A DNA stretch of 64,000 nt. It comes from Octopus bimaculoides (lineage: Eukaryota). Every line of letters starts with the position of its first letter. The first letter of the stretch is position 1. Positions 35,901 to 49,789 of the stretch are shown piece by piece. Both the position numbers and the translations under genes were made by a program. The notes under the pieces are model-generated. The model ran no database searches and was not told the DNA's origin. It saw nothing but the letters and a program-made list of their open reading frames with translations. The stretch is from assembly GCF_001194135.2 (NCBI RefSeq), contig NC_068990.1, forward strand, positions 4,713,973-4,777,972, written 5' to 3'.

Positions 35901-38900
35901 TTTTTAAAAGAATTGAAAGTCGGTAGCGGAAAGAGTGTCTGGTCATTGAAACCTTGCCTCAAATATGTCCAAGAAAAAATGTTGAATGAATGATCAATTA
36001 TGTGAGCATATATGAATTTGCATGTGTATGTGTATTTGTGTGTATGTTCATCTTTGCATTGACACTGCGTAGGTGGTAGTGACATTCATTTATGCCCTGC
36101 AGCTCAGTGGCTCAGTTTGCAAAAAAGCAGTGGAATGAAGCACCTAACATGAAAGCAAGTGAAGTTTGATGACAGGAAGAGCATACAGTCATAAGGAGTT
36201 TTATCCAAACCGTGCAGCATCGAAAGATGTAAAAATGATGGTGATAAATCTGAAAGAATGTCGTGTGATAGGTAGTTCAAATATATTTTAAAATTATAAT
36301 CATATACCTGGTAACTATTATGAATCATTTACAAGAGTCCAATATCTCATCTTTTTCCAGGTAAAATTGTACATAATCATATTGCCATTTAGATGAATCT
36401 TTCAAATCATTATTGAAAGTCTTTTGTAGCAGTTAATGCCCTGGGACTTTCTGATAGCATTATATATGAGTATACTTTAATTCTTTCATTTGTTTCAGTT
36501 ATTGGGATTGCAGCAGGCTGAAGCACTACTTTGAAGGATTTAGTTGATTAAACTGACCCCAGTACTTATTCTAAGTGTGGTATTTATTCAATTGGTCAAA
36601 TTTTGCCTAAACACTAAGTTACAGAGACTTCATTTATTTACCCTTCTATTTCAGTCACTGTTAGGGTTGTACTATCAATTCTTTCAATTTCTGACTACAA
36701 GACCTCCGTTTGGATGATTTTTCTGTCACCATCTCACTCTTGTACATTAATTCATTGTAGGGTTATACATTTAGAGCTGAATGTACTAAAGCAATGTGAA
36801 ATAAAGTGTTTTGCTTGAATACACAATGCACAGCTAGTCTGCACATCAAAACCACAATCTCGTAATTGTAAATGTAATACCCTAACCATCAAGCTGATCT
36901 GCCTTCACATATGACTCGACATTCCATCCAGAATGGAGACTACAAACACACACACATAGACACGTTAAATAGTTTTCCACAGTTTTTGTCAAATTTCACT
37001 CACAAGGCATTGATTAAACCAAGGTTGTAGTAAAAGAGCCTTGCTCAAGAAGCTAAGCAGTGAGACTGAACCATGTGACTGTGAAGTGAATTTCTTAACC
37101 ATGCAGCCATGTCAGCACTTATGTTTTAATCCATTATAAATCAACTATAATGGAATGAAGATTATTTTAATTTGGGATTATAAAGGACCTAAACTATTCC
37201 AGTTTATTATTAAGGTGGAATAAAGAGAAATGCTAACGTTCAGTTACAGCTTACTGCAGGCTTTATATATATTTTGTAATGCTACCAATAATAATGTTGC
37301 TGATGTCTAGTCATGATTATGGAAATCTAACCATGGCAATCTTGTCCTTTTATGTATCCAGAAAATACATTGTCTTATGGATCCTCCATCTTATAAGATG
37401 GTAAGGTATGATTTGAGGGAGATTTGGTCACTACTTCTAGTAAGCCTATCAACTGTATACATTTTATAATGTAAATTCTAGTTTACCATCTGCCACAGAA
37501 AGTAGAGTTATTTCACCCAGATATTTTGACAATCTGAGAAAAAAATATTGTATACTCTGCTTATGTACTACTAGCATTTATGTATATTTGTGTGCAAGAA
37601 ATCATTCTTCCATGTAAGGATATTCTTGTATGTAACATATCTTGCAACATCTGAAGTTGTTAGAAAACAAAATTTCTGGAAGAAATTATACCATGAATTC
37701 AAAATAGATTTAGGTAATAAATTTTACAGATGAAGCTCACAATATTTAGACAGAAAAATTAGGATGATATTGACAATGCACGTAATAAGTTGATGCATAG
37801 CTAAACATCAGCACTAAAATAGACTGCTTGCAGAAAGAAAAAAAAAATTATGCTGTAATAGTAGTTAGGTGTAGGGGAGGTAATTCAGTGTTAGACACTA
37901 AGAGCTAAACTCTTCACTGCAAAAAAAAAAAACAACTTAGAGAAGCAGACAGTGTCTGTTATTCAAAAATATAATATTCTTTTGTTAATTATATAATATT
38001 GTTACGATAATTGAATTCTAAAAAAAAAATCATAAAAATGTTATGCAAATTGATTTAAATTGCCTCTTGCAAGGATTCTATTTTAATGATATATTTTGAA
38101 TATTTGCTTAAACTGTAGAATATCATAAAAATACTACGAATTTTTAAGCAACATTTTTAGTGCTGTCAGTGTGCTAAAAATGCTGGCATTCTACAAGATA
38201 AATTAAAATATTGGAAATAATTTATATGTGTGGTTAAACAGCTTCTTTGCTTTCAACCATGTGGCTTTGGGTTCAAACCCACTGTCCAGAGTCTTGGATA
38301 AGTGTCATTTACAATAGTCCTCACTGACTGATGTTCTGTGAGTGAATTTGGTGGACAGAAACTGTGAGGAGGAAGCATGTCATATATATACATTAGACTG
38401 CGGTTATATATATATATATATATATATATNNNNNNNNNNNNNNNNNNNNNNNNNNNNNNNNNNNNNNNNNNNNNNNNNNNNNNNNNNNNNNNNNNNNNNN
38501 NNNNNNNNNNNNNNNNNNNNNNNNNNNNNNNNNNNNNNNNNNNNNNNNNNNNNNNNNNNNNNNNNNNNNNNNNNNNNNNNNNNNNNNNNNNNNNNNNNNN
38601 NNNNNNNNNNNNNNNNNNNNNNNNNNNNNNNNNNNNNNNNNNNNNNNNNNNNNNNNNNNNNNNNNNNNNNNNNNNNNNNNNNNNNNNNNNNNNNNNNNNN
38701 NNNNNNNNNNNNNNNNNNNNNNNNNNNNNNNNNNNNNNNNNNNNNNNNNNNNNNNNNNNNNNNNNNNNNNNNNNNNNNNNNNNNNNNNNNNNNNNNNNNN
38801 NNNNNNNNNNNNNNNNNNNNNNNNNNNNNNNNNNNNNNNNNNNNNNNNNNNNNNNNNNNNNNNNNNNNNNNNNNNNNNNNNNNNNNNNNNNNNNNNNNNN

Positions 38901-39083
38901 NNNNNNNNNNNNNNNNNNNNNNNNNNNNNNNNNNNNNNNNNNNNNNNNNNNNNNNNNNNNNNNNNNNNNNNNNNNNNNNNNNNNNNNNNNNNNNNNNNNN
39001 NNNNNNNNNNNNNNNNNNNNNNNNNNNNNNNNNNNNNNNNNNNNNNNNNNNNNNNNNNNNNNNNNNNNNNNNNNNNNNNNNNN

Positions 39084-39132
<49 letters not shown>

Positions 39133-39534
39133 CACATATATATGTACATGTATATATACACACACACAAACATAGGTATATACACAAAAATATACATATA
39201 TATATATTTATGTATCTAGGTTTGCATGTATGTATGTATGTGTCTGTGCATGTGTGTGCCTTTATGTTTATGTTTATTCCTTTCTACCATAACTTGGCAA
39301 CCAGTGCTGGTTTGTTAACATTCTGTAACTTAGCAGCTCAATGAAAGAGGCTGATAGAATAAGTACAATACTTTAAAAAAAATAACTACTGGAGGTTGAT
39401 TTATTCAACCTAAACCTTATAAGGCTACAATCCAATGACTAAAATAAGTAAAACAACAGATATGAAATTTAAAAATTAACCTTTGATTAGAGATATTAAA
39501 TATTATACAAGCATTAACTTTATAATGATAATAA

Positions 39535-39812
39535 TAATCCTTTCTACCAGAGGCACAAGGCCTGAAATTTTTGGGGAGGGAACTAGTCGACTACATCGAC
39601 CCCAGTATTTCACTGGCACTTAATTTATCGACCCTGAAAGGATGAAAGGCAAAGTCGACTTCAACAGAATTTGAATTCAGAATGTAGTGATGGATGAAAT
39701 ACCGCTAAGTATTTCATTTAGCATGTTAATGATTATGCCAGTTCACTGCCTTAATAATAATAATAATAATAATAGTAATTATAATAATAATAATAATAAT
39801 AATAATAGTAAT

Positions 39813-39843
<31 letters not shown>

Positions 39844-39848
39844 GTAAT

Positions 39849-39904
<56 letters not shown>

Positions 39905-40140
39905 TAATAATAATAATAATAAACTAGAAACACCTACAGAAANNNNNNNNNNNNNNNNNNNNNNNNNNNNNNNNNNNNNNNNNNNNNNNNNNNNNNNNNN
40001 NNNNNNNNNNNNNNNNNNNNNNNNNNNNNNNNNNNNNNNNNNNNNNNNNNNNNNNNNNNNNNNNNNNNNNNNNNNNNNTTAATAATAATAATAATAATAA
40101 TAGTAATTATAATAATAATAATAATAATAATAATAGTAAT

Positions 40141-40196
<56 letters not shown>

Positions 40197-40450
40197 TAAT
40201 AATAATAATAATAATATTGATAATGATGATAATAATTCTTTCTACTGGAAGCACAAGGCCTCAAATTTGGGGGAAGAGATTAAGTCGATTACATCGACCC
40301 CAGTGCGTAACTGGTACTAATTTTATTGACCTCCAAAAGGATGACAGGCAAAGTCAGCTTTGGCAGAATTTGAACTCAGAACGTAGCAACAGATGAAATA
40401 CTGCTAAGCATTTGGCCGAGCATGCTAATGATTCCGCCAGCTTGCTGTCT
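39535..40450 (-). repeat. Two tandem SINEs (39535-39750, 40218-40450) separated by a long (AAT)n array spanning a gap
   Basis: Both contain gcacaaggcct...tcgactacatcgaccccagt...ggatga.aggcaaagtc...gaatttgaa.tcagaa. Confidence 0.8.
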
Positions 40451-40539
40451 TAATAATGAACTTATTGTATAGTGCTTAGATGCATTTCAACTCATCACAA
40501 AAAGTAACCAAAACTGCATGAACAGTAGTACATAGAATA

Positions 40540-40930
40540 TGCACAGGAAGTGAACAGTGACAAAGTCTTAAAAAAATAAAACTGTTGCGGGAGAATTTCA
40601 GGAAGCATGGAAGTTTTGAAGGATGTCTCGACAGCTAACAACTGATGCAGATAGTTTATTCCATGCTTCAGCAATTCTGAGTGGGAAAAAATCTCTCCAA
40701 AAGTCATGGGTGCAGTGTTGTTTTTTTGATTTTGTAAGCATGTCCATAAGTGTTAGACATATGGAATTCAAAAAGGTGCCCAAGGTTATTATCGGAAAGA
40801 CGGTGGATAGTATTGTGGGTGTGTACCAAGTCAGTTGCCTGACATCAGAGCTTTAATGTGTCCATGCCCAGGGAAGCAAGACGTTCAGAGTATAGTAATA
40901 GGTAATGAGGCATTTAGTACTTTCCATAGT
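40540..40930 (-). mobile_element. CR1/L2-group LINE 3' end remnant
   Basis: HCTHDFWRDFFPLRIAEAWNKLSASVVSC...SFKTSMLPEI matches the FF..R....WN.LP..VV.......FK terminal motif. Confidence 0.75.
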
Positions 40931-41389
40931 GTATTATCACAATAATTGAAGCACTACAAAGCAATAACTGAAACCAGAGCAGAGTAGTTTTATTGAAATT
41001 TTTCTACATCAGTGGCTTAGTAGCCACAATAGTTACTGATGTTATCAGTGAAAATTTCGAAAAATCAAGTTAATGGACTTTGCCTGTTTAACTATGTTAA
41101 ATTAAGTGAAGCTGTACAAAACAGAAATGTAAAGAACTCAGTAGAGAACTATATTATCATATATTCAAACTAGATTGCAGTATACTAGACAATGTCATTT
41201 GAGAACAACTCATTACAAACCCCTTATACATTTTAGCACTAAAATTCATCAAAATGATTTACACGTCAAATCAACAGCTAAAAAGAAGGGCTAAAATTTT
41301 TGATTAGGTCTTATTCCCAAAGAAAGATGTCTAACTGTTGTCTTAAGTATGATAATTTCAGTTCAATTAGACAGACATATAGATAGACA

Positions 41390-41580
41390 TCCATCCATCT
41401 ATTTTCGCCACCCATTATTCCTGGAAGGATTATGAGGGAAGAGCCCTCAGGCATCTCCTCCTTAGGATCCTATAAGAAGCTGCCATCATTAGACTTTTTA
41501 GCTGGATTCTCAGGTGTTATCCTTCCATCTCACTCTTGCCCTAAAACTAGGTCTCCTGTCAATTGGCCTGAAGACTCTAT
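41390..41580 (-). mobile_element. Probable RTE-type LINE extreme 3' end
   Basis: Minus strand gagtgagatggaaggataac (RWKDN)...aggagatgcctgagggctcttccc, followed by a gatggatgg tail. Confidence 0.5.
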
Positions 41581-43409
41581 CTTATAACTCTTTCCTGTTT
41601 GTAAAATTGATAATAATGACTGCTTGTAAAAATAAAATTCTCATTATCCCTATTACTATCCAGTCTAAAGACAACAGGCTGATAAACACATTAGAGCACC
41701 AGAAAAAGTGCTTTGCAGTATATCTTCCAGCTCTTTACTTTTGAGGCTTAAACTGTCCGAGGTCAACTTTTCCTTTCATGCCTCTACAGTTGATAAAATA
41801 AAGTACCAGTCAAGTATTGGGTCAACAGCCTTGATTAACTCTACCCTTCAAATTTAACAGCTTTGTACTTAAATTTAAAATGATTGTTATTATGTGGTTT
41901 AGGTGGGTCTAAAGACGGCATGTACACAGCCCATCTGACTAACTCATAGAAAGAAATTATTATTATTAGGGGAATGATTGACAAAATTAGGAGAGTTTTA
42001 GATTTAATTTAAACTGAAGTTTACTTTGCTTCTCATTCATTCAGCATTGATACAATAAGTACAAGTTAAGCATTGAATGTCAATTAAATTCACTACAACC
42101 TTTTCCACAAGTTGTAATTTGTGTCAATACTTCAAGGTATTAGCTTTGTCACTATTATTTATTATTTTAAGCTGCTAGATTTGTAATTGTAAAATGCCAA
42201 ATGATTTACATCAATTCCAATGTTTAAATATCCTTAATATTATTTCTTCCTTTATGTCATAAATTGTTGTTAAAGATTAAATGTGTGCTCATTAGAAATA
42301 TCTATATGAAAATAGAAAAATAAGGATTGTGTGTAAAGGTAGATTATAAGAATGAAAACTGAGTTGATGCACTAATTATTTTACATTTAACAAATACAAT
42401 TGCAGAGCCCAATTCATTCTGAAATAATTGCCATTTTATTGCCATTTTACATCACAATGGAAAATAAAATATTATTTTTAAATTAATTTTATATGCATTC
42501 GTGGCCATAGAATCATGCAATAAAACAGAAATTATTGCAAAAACATCTTGAAAAGTGTAAGTAAACTTTTGTTAAAATTAATGTTTTATTGTCAAATATC
42601 TATGAATTCTTCTATTTTAACATGAACTACTATCATCACAAACTCAAATAGTGATTCAAACAGCTGCTTTTCTTTTATGTTTAGTTTCTATCATTGGATT
42701 GTAGCCATACTAAGGTACCACTTTCGTATGTTTTTAATCAAACATTTAAACCTCACAAATTATTCTAACATACCCTATTTATTGAACAGATTACTTTAAA
42801 TTTTGGATGCAAAGGAATTTCGCTTCATGCACTGATCTACATCAGTACACACATGCATACATACACACATTGGGCTTGACACAGTTTCTGTCTAGCAAAT
42901 TTAACTCTCAAAATATTGGGTAACCCAAGGTTGCAAGTGCCATACAGTAGGACTGAACCAGGAATCATGAAGGTATGAAACAAACTATGATTTTAAGTAA
43001 AACTTTAATAGTTATCAATAAAAGTTTCAGTCAAATTTAAGAGAATCTAAAGAGAAATAGAATGCTCAATATGAAATAAAACTTTACTGCATAAATGAAT
43101 GAGTTTCAAAAGCCTAATGTTATCTTTTATTATTTACTTGCTTCGTTCATTCAACTATGGTTCTGCTGGGGAACAGCCTTGAAGAATTCAATCTGAATGA
43201 ATTGATACTAGTATATACTTTCTTTTTAAGCCTGCTACTTATTTTGTTGCTCTCTTTTGCCAAACTCCTAGCTAAGTTACTGGGATGTAAACATACCAAC
43301 AATAGTTGGTAAGTGATTAGGGTTAGGGTGGTGGGGGTGGGACAAACACAAACTCAAAGGCATACATACATACATATGTACATACATACATACATACATA
43401 CATACATAA

Positions 43410-43860
43410 ATGGCTGGGTAGCCATGTTCCTCCTCTACAACAAGACACCTGTCTCTGTTTCTCTGCTTCTCAGTCACACTCTAACTGTTCATCATCTGAC
43501 ACAAGATCACCTTCTCCTCCAATTCCCCTCCCCTCTCAAAGATTCCTTGTCTTGCAAAGATACTTGATGACCCTACCAGTTTAGGTGCCACTTAAAAGGC
43601 ATCCAGTCAACACTGGCATTTGAAAGGGCATCCAGCTGTAAAAACCATGCCAACACTGACCTCGCCTGTGCCGGTGCCACATAAAAAGCACTCAGCCCAC
43701 TCTGCAGGGTGGTTAGGGTTAGGAAGGGCATCCAACCATAAAATCCCTGCTAAAGCAGATACAAAAATATGGTGCAGGCTTCTGCTTGGCCAGCTCCTAT
43801 CAAACCATCCAACCCATGCCAGCATGGAAGCAGGACGTTAAATGGTGATGATGGTGATAT
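43410..43860 (+). repeat. RTE-tailed LINE/SINE 3' region
   Basis: Ends in caacccatgccagcatggaagcaggacgttaaatg(gtgat)n and has an internally duplicated aagggcatcca motif. Confidence 0.65.
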
Positions 43861-43929
43861 ATATTCTTTCAGTATCCATTTACCAAATCCACTCACAACT
43901 CTTTGCAAGACACTTGCTCAAGTTGCCAC

Positions 43930-44075
43930 ACTGTTGGACTGGCTAAAGGAGATTGGAATAGAATGCTCAGTAGAGCTCCTGCAGAAAGTTTGTCTCTTAG
44001 GGACAGCAAGGATTATCAGGAGGGTTCTAAACTTGTTAATACCTAAGGATGCAGGTAGCAACCCGCTACCCACAT
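43930..44075 (+). mobile_element. REL-endonuclease (R4/Dong-like) LINE C-terminal fragment
   Basis: LLDWLKEIGIECSVELLQKVCLLGTARIIRRVLN contains the QK..LLGTA.I.R.VL terminal motif. Confidence 0.7.
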
Positions 44076-45360
44076 AAATCCTACCAGGAATAAGACCAAG
44101 CCTGAGCCAAACCAAAATAATAATAATGATAATGGATTGAAATTTTGGCACAAGGCCAGCAATTTTGGGGGATGGGGTGGGTCTAGTTGATTACATCAAC
44201 TCCAATACTTAACTGATACTTTACTGAATCCAGAAGGATGAAAGGCAAAATTGACTTCAGCTGGTTTTGAACTCAGAATGCAAAGACCCATAACAAATAC
44301 TGTATAACATTTTGTCCAATGCTCTAATATCTCTTTTAAGAGCCAGGGTTAGCTGATTAAACTGACCCCTGTACTTAACTATTGTTTAGCCAAGAGGGAT
44401 GACAGGCAAAGCTGACCTCAGAAAGAGGTGGACTCGGGACATGATGTGGTGGAACAAATAATGCAAAGCAGCACTTTTCTGATGCTCTAATGATACAGCC
44501 AATCTACTGTCATTATAGTAGTAGTAGTAGCAGCAGCAGTAATAATGTAATAAATATACAAAATATATTTAACACTAATGCACGTATACACACACATTAA
44601 AGTATATTAAACTATAAAAGTCTTTACTATAGTTATAAGCTATTATTTTGCATCAACATTATAAAGCAATGCATATGGAAGCTACATTAACACATGTAAC
44701 AATAATGATAAAATAACAATACACATTGCAGTAGCAACAATAACTATAACATGGCAACAATCATTACAGCGAAAAACATAAATACAACACCAATAAGAAT
44801 ATAAGCTGCGATATATATTGAAATAATAAAGCAATAGGGAGTAGAAGTGATTCAATGAAGAATAATTTAATGTGATCTTAATATATTGTATTACTATGTG
44901 TTACTTAAATTGTAATAACTTCTATTACTATGCTGACAAAGAAAAGAAGTAAAATGGTTTATTGCAAATGTCAGTTAATACAAGGACACAAGGCAAAAAA
45001 AAAACAAAAAAAAAACAGAAATTCCTGCCAGAAAGTAAGTTTCTAAGCTGTGAGAAAGGAGAAATGTGTTTATGTATGAATTTACCTCAGCACAAGTGAC
45101 ATATATACACATATAGAAATATATATACTTTGCCCTCTTGAGCTCTATTTTATGAAATGATATGGTCAGTATGTATGACAATGAACTGTATCTCTATGCA
45201 TATAGAGCTATTCATATGGATGCATAAGAGATTATATAAATAACAAGGGAACAAGAAATTATGTAAATTAACTTTATGACATACTCTTTTGTTCCTTTCT
45301 CGTGTATGTAATCTCTTATTACTCTCAGTACTTGACTAATGCTTTTTTCTGAAGCATATA

Positions 45361-45563
45361 CAGGGTGGCCCAAAAGAAGATTTATTCAACTATCTTTCGC
45401 ATTTATTTATTAACAGTTTAGATCTCAATTATAAAAAAATATGAAACCATTATTCTATGCTAATTGAGTTAATTGTAAGATAAAAATTTAAATGTAATAA
45501 AATATTTTAAAAGAAATTTAAAGTGCCTATGTGATAACTAAAACCTACTTTTGGGTCACCCTG
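45361..45563. mobile_element. Tc1/mariner-type MITE
   Basis: 16-bp TIRs cagggtggcccaaaag / cttttgggtcaccctg (1 mismatch), with TA on the left. Confidence 0.75.
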
Positions 45564-46785
45564 TGTATATATTGAGTTCTAACCACAGGTTGTCAGTGTC
45601 ACTATGCCTAAGCAAAATGTTAAAATATATACTCTTTACTCTTTTATTTGTTTCAATCATTTGATGTGGAGCACCTATTTTAAGTCAAAAAAATCAACTC
45701 CAGGACTTATTCTTTGTAAGCTTAGTGCTTATCCTATCAGTCTATTTTTCTGAACTGCTAAGTTATGGGGACGTAGACACACCACCATTGCTTAGTGGAG
45801 GGACAAACACAAACATACACACACACATACATATATATTACATTAGAGTATATAAAGATTTATAGATACATGGATAGATAAACTAGACCTAGGAATACCT
45901 TTATATATGTGCACGTGCACACATACACATATATGTACATGCATCATCATCATTATCATTTAATGTCTGTTTTCTGTGCAGGCATGACTTAGATGGTTTG
46001 ACAGGAGTTGGCCAGCCAGAGAGCTGCCCAGGTTCCAATTGTCTGTTTTGGCATGATTTCTATGGTTGGTTGCTCCTCCTAGTACCAACACTTTACAAAG
46101 TGTACTGGGTGCTTGCTACAGGGTACTGACACAAGTGCTTTTTATATGGCACCAGCACATGTTCTTTTTATGTAGCACTGGCCCAGGTGTTTATAAATAT
46201 ACATATCTCTCTCTCTATCTGTATATATATATCTATTATGATTTCACTTAGGCATTTGATAGAACATTCAACACACATATACTTTAGAACTGAGTGTAAA
46301 TGATCCTTATACCAAAAACAGCTCTAAGCTAATAAAAGTGATTATGATGATGCTGCTGCACTGTTTGTACCAGTAAGATCTGGAAGAGAAATTAAAGCAA
46401 CAGTGGCTAGCTTAAATAGAGATTTTCTCAAGATTAGCCCAATAAAGTGTGAATTAGTGACTTTTTTTAAGGACAGGTATTTACTGTAAGAATTCACTTA
46501 ATTTTGCATCAAGAAATTATACTACTAAATTATAGATAGAAATTGCACAGAAACAGTCTATGTATGCATGTATGTACATCTATGCATATGGCTATCTTCT
46601 TTTTATGTTTGTCTCCCATAGCTTTACACTGTTAATTTCTTTTCAACTTTCTGTCAGCAACCAAAGAGCAGCTTTCAGCCATCTTTATTCTTTATTCCTC
46701 TCTGTCAGCAGAGCGCAATCCTTACTCTTTCTCTCTCTACCAACAGAATCCACAACTACCAACAACCGGCAAGCGTCAAACTTAC

Positions 46786-46840
46786 CAATACATTGTCATT
46801 GTCAACTATGTACTGCTATCTGTCTCACTAACCAATTGCT
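46786..46840 (-). other. Possible alternative first or 5' exon ending ATG ACA ATG TAT TG|GTAAGT
   Basis: Strong donor at 46780-46785. All frames upstream of the ATG have stops, and the adjacent intron start is unique and richer in GC and CpG. Confidence 0.25.
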
Positions 46841-46970
46841 GGTAAATGAATATGTAAATAATATTCTTTATTCTTCAGTGTTCTTCACTAGGTATTTCTG
46901 ACGTGAAAAACTTACATCTTCACTTTAACAGGATTTATGTCAAAACAATACATATATATACATCTTCTCT

Positions 46971-47294
46971 CTGGCACTCCATTGCTTATGAAGATGAGGG
47001 TTCCAGTTAATCCAATAAATAGAACAACCAGCTCATGAAATTAACATGTAAGTAGCTGAGCACTCCAAGACATGAGAACCCTTAAAGTAGTTCTCAGGGA
47101 AATTCAGCATTATACAGAATCTGACAAGGCTGGCTCTTTGAAATACAGATACAACTTATTTTTGTCAGCTGAATGAACTGGAATAAAGTGAAATAACATG
47201 TCTTGTTCAAGGACACTTCACACCTTCAGCAATTGAACTCATAACCTTACAATCATGTGCCAAATACCGTTATCGCTAAGCCATGTACCTTCAC
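46971..47294 (-). mobile_element. Older copy of the tRNA-SINE family seen at 6884
   Basis: ggcactcc...agctgagcactcca...cccttaaagtagttctcaggg...gacaaggctgg. Confidence 0.75.
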
Positions 47295-47316
47295 TATGCA
47301 TATATGTATGTGTGTG

Positions 47317-47349
<33 letters not shown>

Positions 47350-47371
<22 letters not shown>

Positions 47372-47641
47372 TTGTGTGTCTGTGTTTGTCCCCCCAACAT
47401 CGCTTGACAACCAATGGTGGTGTGTTTACATCCCTGTAACCTAGAGGTTCAGCATAAGAGACCGATAGAATAAGTACTAGGCTTACAAAAAATAAGACCT
47501 GGGGTTGATTTGCTCGACTAAAGGTGGTGCTCCAGCATGGCCGCAGTCAAATAATTGAAACAAGTAAAAGAGCATAGCCTTGAGCTGACCAAAGCCTTGT
47601 GAGTGGATTTGGTAGACGGAAACTGAAAGAAGCCCATCATC

Positions 47642-47688
<47 letters not shown>

Positions 47689-47930
47689 ATGTATTTATGT
47701 GAGTGTATCCTTGTGTCTGTGGTTGCTCTCCCACCCCCGCTTTACAACTGATGATGGTGTGTCTACATCCCCATAACTTAGTGGTTTGGCAAAAGAAACC
47801 AATAGAATAAGTACTAGGCTTACAAAGAAAAACTGCTAGGATAAATGTCTTCAACAAAAACATTTTAAGGGAGTGCTCCAGCATGGCTGCAGTCAAATGA
47901 CTGAAACTAGTAAAAGAATAAAAGTATAAA
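47350..47930 (+). repeat. Two tandem partial copies of the dominant SINE
   Basis: Repeated atagaataagtactaggcttacaa...gtgctccagcatggc.gcagtcaaat. Confidence 0.8.
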
Positions 47931-48103
47931 AGAATATATACATATATTTGTTTTTATTAATGTTTTGATAACTGCCAACACTCGAAACTCTTGGACCTTG
48001 CATCACTCTGCTACTTCAGCTAAATATTAATAAAAATATACGTATACTCATATTTTGAGTTCTATTTTTCCTGTTTGCATCAATTTATATATATATATAT
48101 ATG

Positions 48104-48158
<55 letters not shown>

Positions 48159-48595
48159 TTCTTCCACACAGTTTTCTTCTATCAAGTTCACTCACTAGGC
48201 ATCGGTTGGCTCTGGGCTATTTTACATGATACTTGCCCAAACAGATGATTGGTGAAACAACAGAACAGGAGAATCTGATCAAGAAAAGTAATGATTTGAG
48301 TATTTGACTTAGTGAAAATATAGCTCAAGCAATTTATTTTGTAATTTTTCATGAATTTTTTTCTCTCTGATTTGTTATCAGAATGGTATTCTACTAACGT
48401 AATTGATAGTTAAAGAATATTGTTTTATTGATAGCATATTATTGCAAACATTCAGATGAAACATTTGTTTTAAATATTCACAGTTTAGCTTCATAAAGAG
48501 TATTTTTAAAATTACATAAATTTCATTGTTTTATGTAAGCACCATGCAATTCGAAAGAAGTTTAATGGAAACTATACATTTGGTGCAAGTGTGAA

Positions 48596-48990
48596 TGTTT
48601 GGTAAGAAGCCTGCTTCCTAACTGCATGGTTCTAGATTCAGTTCCACTGTGTGGCACCTTGGGCAAACATCTTCTACGATGGCATGAGGCTGACCAAAGC
48701 CTTCTGAGTGGATTTATTAGAGGGAAACTGAAAGAAACCCATTATGTATATGTATGTATATATTTATGTGTGTGTCTTTGCATATGCGTCCACACCCATC
48801 AATACTTGACAGTTGGTGTTAGTTTATTTGCATCAACATAACATGGTGGTTCAACATAAAAGACCAATAGAATAAGTACCAGGCATTAAAATGTACTGGG
48901 GTTTCAATTTGTTTCACTAAAACCTTCCAGGTTGGTACTCCAGAATGGCTTTAGTCAAATGACTGAAAAAAAGTAAAAGATAAAAGATAT
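48596..48990 (+). mobile_element. Dominant SINE copy
   Basis: Same head, body and tail as 35464-35900. Confidence 0.75.
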
Positions 48991-49337
48991 GCAGCCTTTC
49001 CACAAGTATATCTCCAGCAGTAAAACACTGATACACAACACTTGACATTTTACTAACAATAAACATTGTTAGTTGCTTAGTCATAAAAACGTTGCACCAT
49101 CCGATATAGAACGAATATAACTCTGTTACAAAGTATGAGCTGTTTTTATTAAGTTTTATTCTAATTTATTATTTACTTTTATATTGAAAATGAGTATTTT
49201 TTTTTTAATATCTTGTACATGTGCTATAATGGGAAAAGGTAAAATTATAATAATTGTACCTATGAAATATTGATAGATATATCCAACACTGGCAAAAGTG
49301 TATGCATTCTTTGCCAGTAATACAACAATAGGCAATA

Positions 49338-49425
<88 letters not shown>

Positions 49426-49789
49426 AATATGTTTGTATGTATGTATATATGTTTGTATGTATGTATGTATGTATGTACCAAAGTACACTCTGATACACAA
49501 ACATGAACACATACATAAATTCATATATGCACATATGTGTGTGTGTTTTGAAAATCTGAAAACAATGACAGTGATTACACAAAATTTTCCTTCCAGCGGG
49601 TCTATGTTACTGATTTATTTTTCAAAGATTGTTTTATAATCAATAAATTATAATTGATGAAAATTATTTTTGAAAAACTTACATGCATACGCATGTGCAC
49701 ACACACACATACACACACACAAACACATTCATTTAGAGTTAGATTTATTTTATAAGAGTTAAGCTCAGTTTCACATTTTCACGGGTATA

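Noticed and set aside
43317-43730. TTAGGGTTAGGG motifs suggesting interstitial telomere
   Set aside because: Only about two units each, embedded in SINE/LINE-tail sequence, so chance variants.
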